This document shows, piece by piece, positions 29,635 to 38,845 of a stretch of 64,000 nucleotides of DNA. The notes under the pieces are model-generated. The model saw nothing but the letters and a program-made list of their open reading frames with translations, made no database searches and was not told where the DNA came from. The DNA lies in the NCBI GenBank assembly GCA_039586795.1, contig JBDHJS010000004.1, positions 80,055 to 144,054 on the forward strand, given 5' to 3'. Source of the stretch: Gemmatimonadota bacterium (GTDB taxonomy: Bacteria; Gemmatimonadota; Gemmatimonadetes; Palauibacterales; KS3-K002). Position numbers and translations under genes: made by a program. Each line of letters starts with the position of its first letter. The stretch's first letter is position 1.

Positions 29635-30318
29635 CTATTCTCCCAAGACCGCCTTCGCATATCCGTTGGCCGGATCAATCCCAAGCGCCATGAGATCGCC
29701 TACGCGACCGGGTCCCCGGTTATAGGCGAGCAGCGCAAGCCGCGTATCCTGGTTGTACTCGTCCAGCAGATACTTCAGATAACGGAACCCGAGGTGCAGG
29801 TTGATCTCGGCGTTGAACAGGTCCTTTGCCTCTACCGTCGGGTCCAGCCATTTGGCCGTGCTGGGACGGACCTGAGTATAGCCGATCGCCCCTGCCGAGC
29901 TGACAGCTCTTCGCTTGAACCCGCTCTCTACCCGAACCAGGTTGAACGCCAGTTCCGGATTCAGCCGCTCGGCCAGAGCGATGTCGTAGATCAGCATCGC
30001 CCGATCCGCGGGTATCCGGTACTCGCTGGAATAGGCCTGGACGACGCTCAGACGCTCCGCCTCCAACGACTTGAGCTCCAACTCACTCCGCAGGTCGTGG
30101 TTCTCCGCCGCCATCAGCGTGAGCTCGTTTCCTAGCTGCTCCGCTGCCGGGTTCGACGCCGTCGGCAGACCCGTCGCGAGCACTGCCACGCCAAGTGCCC
30201 CGGCCACCAACAACAAGGCCCAGACCGGTAGCGGCACTTCCGACAATCGCAGGCTCAGCGGCCACCTTATCGAGACCGCTGGATCCTTCCACGTCGATGT
30301 ATTCGAATAGTATCTCAT
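29635..30318 (-). CDS. SLT-domain lytic transglycosylase with N-terminal TM and coiled coil
   Basis: VESGF, SSAGAIGYTQV and LAYNRGP motifs. Confidence 0.88.
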   Translation of the reverse strand: MRYYSNTSTWKDPAVSIRWPLSLRLSEVPLPVWALLLVAGALGVAVLATGLPTASNPAAEQLGNELTLMAAENHDLRSELELKSLEAERLSVVQAYSSEYRIPADRAMLIYDIALAERLNPELAFNLVRVESGFKRRAVSSAGAIGYTQVRPSTAKWLDPTVEAKDLFNAEINLHLGFRYLKYLLDEYNQDTRLALLAYNRGPGRVGDLMALGIDPANGYAKAVLGE

Positions 30319-30351
30319 TCCACTTCTATTATGTTGACCTGTCACGATCCT

Positions 30352-30535
30352 CCCACCTTCCTGGCACAGCCCTGGCATCGGTGCTCACAGGCCCGCTGCA
30401 CCCTACGGCTGCGCCGGTGGCCGAGTTTCCGCTCGCTGACCCCGTTCTGCTGTGGTGAACTACCGTCCAATACGTAGACGGACTCCAGCCTGTCTCCTTG
30501 CTGGGGATTTCGCCCACAACCGGGCCAAAGGCGGG
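30352..30535 (-). ncRNA. Candidate structured RNA (184 nt, rod-like, family unassigned)
   Basis: 5' and 3' ends pair (CCCGCCUUUGGC with GCCAGGAAGGUGGG), nested internal helices, G-U pairs favour the minus strand, TACGAT -10-like box just upstream. Confidence 0.5.
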
Positions 30536-30634
30536 TACTGGAAGGATCGTACAGAATCCTACAGCTTTGGCCACACCACTTTCCCCATCACCACACTCCG
30601 CTCGCGTCCCCTGGCTTCGGCCATTCTTCGGCTT

Positions 30635-31129
30635 TTACGCCTCAGTCCGTCTCCAGGTTCCACTGCGGCCGCCACTCTTCTCGACCAGTCGGATGGAGCC
30701 GATCTCCATCCCGCGGTCGAGTGCCTTGCACATGTCGTAAACGGTGAGCAAGGCGGCGCTGGTTGCGACCAGCGCTTCCATCTCGGCTCCGGTCCGACCG
30801 GTCAGGTCGGCTCGCGCCGTGACTGTAACTCCGGGAAGGTCATCTACTAGCGTCAAAGATACATCAATTCTGTCGATTGCAAGAGAGTGGCACAAAGGTA
30901 TCCACTCTGCCGTCCGCTTGGCTGCCGCGATGCCGGCGATCTTCGCGACGGTGAGGACGTCCCCCTTCTCCACCTCGTTTTGGCGGATGGCGGCCAGCGT
31001 ATCCGGTTCCATCCGGATCCAGCCTTCGGCGGTGGCCGAGCGACGAGTCGGATCTTTGTCTCCGATGTCCACCATGCGGGCCGCACCGTGCTCGTCGAGA
31101 TGTGTGAGTCTTCGTTTTTCGTCCGCCAT
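30635..31129 (-). CDS. moaC: Cyclic pyranopterin monophosphate synthase
   Basis: LTHLD, MVDI, KGDVL, IPLCH, EMEAL, YDMCKA, KSGG. Confidence 0.96.
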   Translation of the reverse strand: MADEKRRLTHLDEHGAARMVDIGDKDPTRRSATAEGWIRMEPDTLAAIRQNEVEKGDVLTVAKIAGIAAAKRTAEWIPLCHSLAIDRIDVSLTLVDDLPGVTVTARADLTGRTGAEMEALVATSAALLTVYDMCKALDRGMEIGSIRLVEKSGGRSGTWRRTEA

Positions 31130-31130
31130 C

Positions 31131-32291
31131 TTACGGCCTGCCCCCGCTGCCGGCGTGGTGCACGGTGGGTGCGCCTCGTCTAACGCTGGCGCGGCGCAAA
31201 AGGTTCACGACGACCAACTGGGGATTGACGTTCCGATCTGCGAGCGACCGAGCGTCCTCGAGAACCTCGAGGGCGTGCACCAGCCGGCTCGCATCCAGGT
31301 CGGTCTCGATCTTCAGGCGCGCGATGGCTTCCGGATCGGAGGCCTCGGAGCCGGCCGCCACCGCCAGCAAGTCGCGAAGCAGGTTGCGCGCCTCGCTGAG
31401 GACTCTGGAGAAGTTGCCTCGGGCGCCGAACGATTTGTAGCTGTGGGCCACCCCGAGGCGGGCGACGAACCGGCCGTCCAGAAGGGCGCGTACCAATTCG
31501 AGAGCGCCCTCCCTCCCGCCGTCGGTCTCCTCGCTCTGGATATCGATGGCGACACCGATAGAGCCACCGCTGAGACGGGCCGTCTTCTGCGCCTGCGCCG
31601 GCGGAACGTCCAGCCTGTCGCTGATAAACTCCGCAATGTTACCTGAGCTGAGCGGTGGTACGCGAATCGACTGAACCCGTGACCGAATGGTCGGCAGCAG
31701 GGCCCCGGGCACATCGCTTGTCAGGATCAGCGTCGTATCAGCGGGAGGTTCCTCGAGAAGCTTCAACAAGGCGTTTGCGGCTTCCGGGTTGGCGGCCTGG
31801 GGAACCAGCGATTCGGCACGTCCGATGATGAGGATCTTTGAGGGCCCCATGGCCGGCGCCTTGTAAGCGTGTTGTCGCATGGTCTGCACCGCGGCGACGT
31901 AGATACCGGTCGCGCCTTCGTCCTCTTCGCCCAGGTAGAGAAGGTTTTCGCGTCGCTCCGCCAGCACGTCGGCCCGGGACTCCTCCAGCTTCTGCCGGAG
32001 CTTGTCCGGTCCGGAAGCACGTTTTGGTCTGGGAAGCGGAAAGAACCAGTGTATATCGGGATGCTGGAGCCCGGCAGCGAGTCGACAGGAGCGGCATTCG
32101 CCACAGGGTCTAGCTGATTCGTGTTCGCAATTGATCGCGGCGGCCGTCCAGACCGCCAGGCGTTGCTTGCCTACGCCACGGGGACCGTACAGGAGCAGCG
32201 ACTGACCCAGACGACCCGACAGGATCGCGCTGACAAGTCGGTCCTTGGTGTCCTCGTGCCCAAAGACGCTCAAGTAGCCGGGCTCAGCCAC
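31131..32291 (-). CDS. holB: DNA polymerase III delta' subunit
   Basis: GPRGVGK, PCGECRSC, HPDI, ANALLKLLEEPP, LLPTIRSR. Confidence 0.9.
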   Translation of the reverse strand: MAEPGYLSVFGHEDTKDRLVSAILSGRLGQSLLLYGPRGVGKQRLAVWTAAAINCEHESARPCGECRSCRLAAGLQHPDIHWFFPLPRPKRASGPDKLRQKLEESRADVLAERRENLLYLGEEDEGATGIYVAAVQTMRQHAYKAPAMGPSKILIIGRAESLVPQAANPEAANALLKLLEEPPADTTLILTSDVPGALLPTIRSRVQSIRVPPLSSGNIAEFISDRLDVPPAQAQKTARLSGGSIGVAIDIQSEETDGGREGALELVRALLDGRFVARLGVAHSYKSFGARGNFSRVLSEARNLLRDLLAVAAGSEASDPEAIARLKIETDLDASRLVHALEVLEDARSLADRNVNPQLVVVNLLRRASVRRGAPTVHHAGSGGRP

Positions 32292-33504
32292 TTGGCCTCT
32301 GCTTGAGCCAGATCAGCGGATCGAAGGTCTCCCGATTGAAGCGAATCTGGAATTCCAGGTGCGAGCCCTCAGGTGTTGCGGATCCACCTACTCGACCGAC
32401 CATCTGGCCGAGAATCACTGCCTCCCCCTGCACGACTACGATTTCCGAAAGGTAGAGATACAGCGAGTAGTAGCCGCCGCCGTGGTGGATGATGACGGAC
32501 GGTCCGAAACCCATGAACGACTGAGCGAGCACAACCGTTCCGCCGGCGACGGCCTGAACCGGGGTTCCCTCTTCAGCGGCGATCCCTACACCGTTTCGCA
32601 GGATGACCGTACCGTCTGGATATCGCTGCTGTCCGTAGCGGTAGATGAGGCGGCCCGCCACTGGCCAGTCCAGGTTTCCCCGTTCAGCATCCGTCACGGT
32701 CCCCCGGGTCGGCGCGGACATCGCAAGGGCCTCCGCCGCTTCGCGCTCGCGCTCCAGCCGGTCGATCAGGCCGCCGAGCTCTTGCTCGTCATCCTCCAGG
32801 GCCGCAATCTGTAGCTCGGTTGTGGCCTGTATGCCCTGGACCGAGCGGAGCCTGCGATTTCGCTCGTTCTCCAGGAAGTAGAGATCCTGGATCTCGCTGA
32901 CCTTGTCGTTCCGAACCTCCCGCAGTCCGTCGGCTTCGCGACGCAGGTCGTCATACTTCTCGACCAGTACGTCCTTAAGCGCGGCGATTTGACGCACCAG
33001 AAGCCGATCGTGAAGCGCCACCAGATAGAGATACTGATAGCGGTTGATCAGATCGGAGAAGCTCTCTGCAGCCAGAAGAACCTGCACATTGATCAACGGC
33101 CCGCGCTTATACAGATCGCGCGCCCGTCGTGCGAAGAGTACGTTCTTTTCGGTCAGCTGATCCTGGGTACGTAGCAAGTCGGCGACCGACTCGGCTACCT
33201 GCTGATCGCGTATCGTCAGCTGGTGATCAAGTTCTCGCAGGAGCGCTTCCTGGTTCCGCGTCTGCGAGTTGAGGTTATCGATCTCCTCGCGAACGTCGTG
33301 GACCTGGGCCTCGAGGGCGTTCATCTCGGACCGCAGACGCTCTTTCTCAGCCAGTATCTGGTCCAGCCGCTCCCGACTGAGCTGGATTTGCTCCTCCAGC
33401 GGCTGAACCGGGTCCTCCTGTTGGGCGGCGGCGCCTGTAACCCCGAACAGCATGGCCACGGCGACCAGCGACAGAGCGCGCGGAGTGAAGGATATCCTAG
33501 ACAT
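32284..33504 (-). CDS. envC: EnvC-like coiled-coil M23-domain murein hydrolase activator
   Basis: Signal peptide, long coiled coil, WPVAG, degenerate M23 metal ligands; follows ftsEX. Confidence 0.82.
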   Translation of the reverse strand: MSRISFTPRALSLVAVAMLFGVTGAAAQQEDPVQPLEEQIQLSRERLDQILAEKERLRSEMNALEAQVHDVREEIDNLNSQTRNQEALLRELDHQLTIRDQQVAESVADLLRTQDQLTEKNVLFARRARDLYKRGPLINVQVLLAAESFSDLINRYQYLYLVALHDRLLVRQIAALKDVLVEKYDDLRREADGLREVRNDKVSEIQDLYFLENERNRRLRSVQGIQATTELQIAALEDDEQELGGLIDRLEREREAAEALAMSAPTRGTVTDAERGNLDWPVAGRLIYRYGQQRYPDGTVILRNGVGIAAEEGTPVQAVAGGTVVLAQSFMGFGPSVIIHHGGGYYSLYLYLSEIVVVQGEAVILGQMVGRVGGSATPEGSHLEFQIRFNRETFDPLIWLKQRPSG

Positions 33505-34360
33505 AAGACGCCATCTGACGCCGGAGTGCCGCGGCGCTTGCACCCAGCCCCAGGAATGCCCCGGCCAGGACACCGAAAGCGCTCCAGGTCGTGGGCAGCC
33601 ATTCCAGATCAATGAGCGAGCCGTCCACGATGAGGAACGAGCCATAGGTCAGGAGAATCGCCAGCACCCCACCGACGAGTCCGGTGACGAACCCTTCGAG
33701 CAGGAAGGGCCGGCGGATGAAGCCGTCGGTGGCGCCCACCAGTCGCATGATGATGATTTCCTCGCGGCGTGCCATGACGGCCATTCTCACCGTGGTGCCG
33801 ATGATCATGATAGCTACGACAGCGAAGGCGATGCCGAGTATGGCGGCGACGGCGCCGCCGAGGCGGCGGAGCTGGAAGATCTTGTCGACCCACTCGCGCC
33901 CATATTGGACGTCCTCGACGAACGGATAGAGCCCGATCAGCTCTGCCACACGGCCCACCGATTCGGGGTCCCGGAAGTCGGGCTTCATTTGGACCTCGAT
34001 CGATGCGGGCAGCGGGTTCATCTCCAGGTCGGTGAACACGTCGCGGAATTCCTGCAACTGCTGCATCGCGTCTCGCATCGCCTCGAACTTCGAAACGTGC
34101 GTAACATTCTCTACCTCGGCAAACGAGCGGACATCGTTCTGCAGCAACTCGAGCTGGGCGGACGTGATGTCGTCGGCCAAGTAAGCCACGACTTCAACGC
34201 GGCGTTCGATGGCGCGAAGCGTAACGTCCACGTTGTACGTGACCAGCGCGAACGTGCCAAGCACAAAGAGGCTCAGGCCGATGCTGGTCGCCGAGAGCAG
34301 CACCAGAGCGGGCGCCCGGCGATACGCGGCTACCGCTTCGCGAATGCTATGCGTCGTCAT
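33497..34360 (-). CDS. ftsX: Cell division permease FtsX
   Basis: NPLPAS, RREEI.IMRLVGAT..FIRRPFLLEG. Confidence 0.93.
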   Translation of the reverse strand: MTTHSIREAVAAYRRAPALVLLSATSIGLSLFVLGTFALVTYNVDVTLRAIERRVEVVAYLADDITSAQLELLQNDVRSFAEVENVTHVSKFEAMRDAMQQLQEFRDVFTDLEMNPLPASIEVQMKPDFRDPESVGRVAELIGLYPFVEDVQYGREWVDKIFQLRRLGGAVAAILGIAFAVVAIMIIGTTVRMAVMARREEIIIMRLVGATDGFIRRPFLLEGFVTGLVGGVLAILLTYGSFLIVDGSLIDLEWLPTTWSAFGVLAGAFLGLGASAAALRRQMASYV

Positions 34361-35030
34361 CCGCGACTCCGGAATCGTAGACGATCGCACCCTCGGAGAG
34401 CTCGATGACGCGGTATTGAGAGTACCGACGAACCATATCCAGGTCGTGTGTCGCCATGAGAACCGCTGTTCCGGACGAGTTTATGTCGCGGATCAGCTCG
34501 AAGACACCACGCGAAGCGCGTTCGTCCAGGTTACCCATCGGCTCATCGGCCAGCAGCACCACCGGGTCGTGGATCAGCGCCCGAGCCATGGCAATCCGCT
34601 GCTGTTCTCCGCCCGATAACTCGTCCGGGTAGGCGCCCGCCCGGGCCGCGAGGCCGACTTGCGCCAGCAGCCGCTGGACCTTGCCCTTGATCTCGCTGCG
34701 GCGTGAACCGGAAACCTCTAGCGCGAAAGACAGGTTGGCGGCTGTCGTTCGGTCGCGAAGCAGGCGAAAGTCCTGAAACACGACACCGACGCGGCGGCGC
34801 AGTTTGGGAACTTCGCGACGCTTCATGCGGGATGACGAGAACCCGGAAACGCGCACTTCCCCGTCGCTCGGCCGCTCCGCCATGTGAACGAGGCGGAGAA
34901 CCGTGCTCTTGCCGGCTCCCGATGGCCCGATGAGAAAAGCGAACTCCCCCTTCTTTAGATGGAAGGAGACGTTCTTTAAGGCGAGCCCCGAGCGCGGGTA
35001 CTCCTTATAGACATTGATGAGTTTGATCAC
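34347..35030 (-). CDS. ftsE: Cell division ATP-binding protein FtsE
   Basis: GPSGAGKST, VFQDFRLL, LSGGEQQR. Confidence 0.93.
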   Translation of the reverse strand: MIKLINVYKEYPRSGLALKNVSFHLKKGEFAFLIGPSGAGKSTVLRLVHMAERPSDGEVRVSGFSSSRMKRREVPKLRRRVGVVFQDFRLLRDRTTAANLSFALEVSGSRRSEIKGKVQRLLAQVGLAARAGAYPDELSGGEQQRIAMARALIHDPVVLLADEPMGNLDERASRGVFELIRDINSSGTAVLMATHDLDMVRRYSQYRVIELSEGAIVYDSGVADDDA

Positions 35031-35076
35031 GGAACCCAGTCTTCGGGCGCGGAACGAAAGGCAGGGGTGGCAGCCT

Positions 35077-36051
35077 TCATTCGCCCGCCAATCTACTGGA
35101 GTTGGCGGCCATCGTCAAAGATCGACGAGCGAAGGCGACCGAAGCCTCCAGCGCCGCCCGCATCGAGGACGGGTCAGCCTGGCCCGACCCTGCAATATCG
35201 AATGCCGTGCCGTGATCGGGCGAAGTGCGGGGGAACGGAAGGCCCAACGTGACGTTCACGGCCCTCCCGAAGGCTGCCGTCTTGATGGCGACCATCCCAA
35301 CGTCGTGGTACGGTGCGAGGACGGCATCAAATTCGCCCCGCATAGCTCTTACGAAGACGGTATCTGCGGGATACGGGCCCTCCACCGCTAGCCCTTCCGC
35401 CCGCAAACCGTCGATTGCGGGTGTGCAGACCCGCGCCTCCTCATCCCCAAACAGGCCGTCATCAGAGGCGTGCGGATTCAGGGCGCAGACCGCCAGTCGT
35501 GGCCGCTCGATACCCCACCAACGGCCCAGATCGGCAGCCACAAGGCGGGCGATGGCCTGTAGCCGATCCGCTGTGTAGGCCCGAGGAACTTGGGCGAGCG
35601 GCATATGCCCGGTGACGAGAATCACGCGCAGAGGCGCGCCGTGCGTTGTCTCATCGGCAGCGAGGCAAAGCGCCGTGAGATCCGCTCCGGTCAGGTCGCG
35701 GAGCATCTCCGTATGCCCGGGCCACTCATAACCCGCCGCCGTGAGCGCCGACTTGTTGATCGGCGCCGTCACGATCCCGTCGACATCACCGTCCAGCGCG
35801 AGCTTGACCGCGCGTCTGATCGCTGCGGTTGATAGTTCTCCCGCCGCTTGAGCCGTTCCACCCGCCCGCCACTGGCCGATCGACAGCAACTCCAGTCCTG
35901 AGAGGTCTGCGATGCCCTCGGGTCCGACGAGTAGCAGGTCAGCATCGATCGCGGGCGTCATTCTGATGGCCCGGGCGGCGACTTCCGGGCCAATTCCCCT
36001 TGGATCACCGACCGTGATGGCTATGCGCGGATGACTTCGTTTTACGCTCAC
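35077..36051 (-). CDS. pdxA: 4-hydroxythreonine-4-phosphate dehydrogenase
   Basis: GDPRGIGPE, GHTE, LNPHA, YHD, RTSPDHGTAFDIAG. Confidence 0.95.
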   Translation of the reverse strand: MSVKRSHPRIAITVGDPRGIGPEVAARAIRMTPAIDADLLLVGPEGIADLSGLELLSIGQWRAGGTAQAAGELSTAAIRRAVKLALDGDVDGIVTAPINKSALTAAGYEWPGHTEMLRDLTGADLTALCLAADETTHGAPLRVILVTGHMPLAQVPRAYTADRLQAIARLVAADLGRWWGIERPRLAVCALNPHASDDGLFGDEEARVCTPAIDGLRAEGLAVEGPYPADTVFVRAMRGEFDAVLAPYHDVGMVAIKTAAFGRAVNVTLGLPFPRTSPDHGTAFDIAGSGQADPSSMRAALEASVAFARRSLTMAANSSRLAGE

Positions 36052-36075
36052 AGATCGCTGCGATCGGCTGCAGGA

Positions 36076-37428
36076 CTACCCTTCGAGGCGCAGTTCCACG
36101 TAGGTCTGTTCGCGCAGCCCGTCAACAACCTTCTGAATCATCGCTTGCTGTTGGAGCTGCTGCCGAATGACTTCGCGGTAGTCGTTGAGTTCCCACTCGC
36201 CCGCCGGGCTGAGATCGATCAGCACGACCACCGCCCACTTGGGCGGCATCCCGGGCTGTCTCAACTCGATGGGGCCGACCGCGTCCCCGGGTTGTGCGTT
36301 GGCTAGCGCCCTTCGGTAGAGCTCCGGGAGCTGCTCCTGAGGGAACTGCGTGAGGGTGGATCGTTCGTTTGGGTCACCATACGCCTGGATCATCGAATCG
36401 ACGTCGGCACCGGCTCGCAGGCCGGCCGCCACGGAATCGGCTAGCTGCCGAGCCATCTCAATGTCAGCATCCAGGACCTCGGGCCGGATCAGGATATGGC
36501 GAGCCTGTCGGTCGTCTCCACGCACGCGTTCGAGCTTGATGATGTGGTACCCGAACCCGGTCTCGACGATATCACTGATCTCGCCGGGCCGCATCGCCCA
36601 GAGTGCCTCCTCGAACTCCGGGACCAGCAGGCCGCGCTGCACCCAGCCAAGGTCACCACCCGATTCGCGGCTGGCCGCGTCGTCGGAGTACTCACGCGCC
36701 AGGCGCGTGAAGTCTTCACCCGCGATGGCCCGGGAGAGCGCTTGTTCAGCCTCTTCTCGAGCCAGAAGCCCGGCATCGTCCGTCGGCTCGGTGCTGATGA
36801 TCACCTGCTTTAGGGTCACGGAAGCCGGCTTGGGTCCGAGCGTCGACTTCTGCACCTCCCAAACCTCCTCGATCTCTTCCTCGCTTACCGGGATCGGGTT
36901 GATCATCGAGACTTCACGCTCCAGGTAGCGCTGCGCCATGATCTGGGCACGTCCGCGCTGGGTCAGTCGCAACCGGAACTCGACCAGCGTTAGTCCCCTA
37001 CCTGCCAGAGCCTGTTCGAATTGTAGCTGGGATGCGAACTGGCGGCGGATCGCCGCGAGCTGTTGATCGACGAGCTGATCGACTTCGTCATCGCCGACGA
37101 TGATATCCGCCTTCTGCGCGGCAACGATGATCAGCAAGTCGGCGACCATGCGGTCGAGGACCTGCTCAAGGAAAGCGGGGCGTTCGGGCGATTCCGGCGG
37201 CGGCACCGGGATCCGCTGGGCCTGCAGGTCGAGGATATACTCCTCGAGCTCGCTGCGCAGGATCATTGTGTCTCCGATGACCGCGACGATGTAGTCGACC
37301 AGCTGGCTCTGATCCTGCGCGCTCGACTTCGATGCCAGCGCGGGAGACAACAGGAGCATGCCTAGCCCGATTGTGACTATCAGGTTGCGGCGAATCCCAC
37401 CGCTGAGACTCATGATTCGGTCTCTCAC
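36076..37428 (-). CDS. SurA-like peptidylprolyl isomerase/chaperone
   Basis: SurA N-domain (VDYIVAVIG), parvulin motifs (LAREYSDD..S..GGDLG, GYHII); adjacent to pdxA. Confidence 0.85.
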   Translation of the reverse strand: MRDRIMSLSGGIRRNLIVTIGLGMLLLSPALASKSSAQDQSQLVDYIVAVIGDTMILRSELEEYILDLQAQRIPVPPPESPERPAFLEQVLDRMVADLLIIVAAQKADIIVGDDEVDQLVDQQLAAIRRQFASQLQFEQALAGRGLTLVEFRLRLTQRGRAQIMAQRYLEREVSMINPIPVSEEEIEEVWEVQKSTLGPKPASVTLKQVIISTEPTDDAGLLAREEAEQALSRAIAGEDFTRLAREYSDDAASRESGGDLGWVQRGLLVPEFEEALWAMRPGEISDIVETGFGYHIIKLERVRGDDRQARHILIRPEVLDADIEMARQLADSVAAGLRAGADVDSMIQAYGDPNERSTLTQFPQEQLPELYRRALANAQPGDAVGPIELRQPGMPPKWAVVVLIDLSPAGEWELNDYREVIRQQLQQQAMIQKVVDGLREQTYVELRLEG

Positions 37429-37434
37429 GTCCGT

Positions 37435-38844
37435 CTACTCCGTTTGCGGCGTAGCGGCCTCGATCCCGCCGCGCAGCTCGACCAGACGGCGGAGCACCTG
37501 CCTATAACGGTAGGGATGCACCAGGATGGACGGACCGTCGCGATGAAGCGCCGGCGATACGCGGTCCAAGGCCTTCGGGCTACGTCCCCGCACCAGCATA
37601 TAGTCGAAGGCGTTGTCCACGGCGTCAGGGATCTCTCCCCCTTCCTGACGCAGGATGGTCTGTATGCCGGCCCCAAAGGCAGCGTTACGTAGATCGCGTT
37701 CGGCCGCCAGAACGAGACTGTCAACGACGACCTCGTCGAGCTCTTCGCCTGCGTCAATCGCCGCTTTTGCCAGGATCTCGTTAATCGCGAGACGGGCTAG
37801 CAACGCGGTTGCCCCGGCCGAATCCGTGCCCGCAAATCCCGATTGAGTGTTGGGGGCTCCGCGAATCACAAAATCCGCCCACTGGCCGAAGGTGAGCTTG
37901 CCGCCCCTGAAGCGCGCCAATGCAGCGTTACGCTCGGCGGAACCCATTCGCGACATTCTGGGGGAGAAAGCAGAGAGCCTGACCAGGTTCGCGGAGCCCG
38001 CTGTAACCGTGATATCGGCTGAAGCAGTGATGGAGTCGACGTATGCGCGCTCCATGAGCTGCGTTTCTTGCGTTGTCAGCTGTGTCTCGTAGTCCTCGCG
38101 GACGTCGTCGAACTCCGGGGTCCTGTGTCCGGTTACCTTGACGACGTGAAAGCCGAAGGTAGTCCGGATAACCTCGCTGATGACTCCAATCTCCATATCG
38201 AACAAGACGCCGTCGATTTCCGGGACCAATTGACCGCGCCGCACCCAACCGAGCGCGCCCCCGCGCGATGCGCTCGAGGGGTCTTCCGAGTAGCGCCTTG
38301 CCAGGTCGTCGAACGCCTCACCTCGAAGCAGGCGATCGCGAATGGTTTCCGCCATGGTCCGGAGACTATCTTCAAGAGCAGCGGTGGGTGACGCCGGGAC
38401 TCTAATCAGGATATGGTGAGTCTCGGCCAGCGCGAACGGCTGATCACGATCGTACCACTGACGGAGCGTGGCTTCGTCTGGCACGGCTCGCTCGCGCATC
38501 ACTTTATCGCGGAGCTTCCAAGCCAGCGCTTGCTGCGTACCGAATCGGGTGATCGGATCCAGGTTGAGTCCTGAGTACCGATCTTCCTTGGCGAATTCGC
38601 TGGCGAGAACCGCATAGCCGACCCAGAGTTCAATAGTCCGGTCTACGACGACCATGAGGGCTGGCGCCATCGAATCGGTGCCCAAAGCAATCAGCTGGGC
38701 AGCGTGATCGATGGTGAGTGGATAGCCTTCGGCGATGGCGACGTTGTCCTTGTGGCCCTCCATGCCTTCGCGCATGAACGAACAGGCGGCGAGTGTCGAG
38801 GTCAGTATGACCGTGAGCGTCAGGATAGTTGTTCGTCGGTACAT
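37435..38844 (-). CDS. Parvulin-type PPIase lipoprotein
   Basis: LAAC lipobox; HILI, LARRYSED..SASRGGALG, FGFHVV. Confidence 0.85.
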   Translation of the reverse strand: MYRRTTILTLTVILTSTLAACSFMREGMEGHKDNVAIAEGYPLTIDHAAQLIALGTDSMAPALMVVVDRTIELWVGYAVLASEFAKEDRYSGLNLDPITRFGTQQALAWKLRDKVMRERAVPDEATLRQWYDRDQPFALAETHHILIRVPASPTAALEDSLRTMAETIRDRLLRGEAFDDLARRYSEDPSSASRGGALGWVRRGQLVPEIDGVLFDMEIGVISEVIRTTFGFHVVKVTGHRTPEFDDVREDYETQLTTQETQLMERAYVDSITASADITVTAGSANLVRLSAFSPRMSRMGSAERNAALARFRGGKLTFGQWADFVIRGAPNTQSGFAGTDSAGATALLARLAINEILAKAAIDAGEELDEVVVDSLVLAAERDLRNAAFGAGIQTILRQEGGEIPDAVDNAFDYMLVRGRSPKALDRVSPALHRDGPSILVHPYRYRQVLRRLVELRGGIEAATPQTE

Positions 38845-38845
38845 T

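Noticed and set aside
30330..30540. c-di-AMP or c-di-GMP riboswitch, SRP RNA or tmRNA identity for the structured leader
   Set aside because: I could not find the diagnostic conserved motifs by eye; kept as an unassigned RNA candidate.
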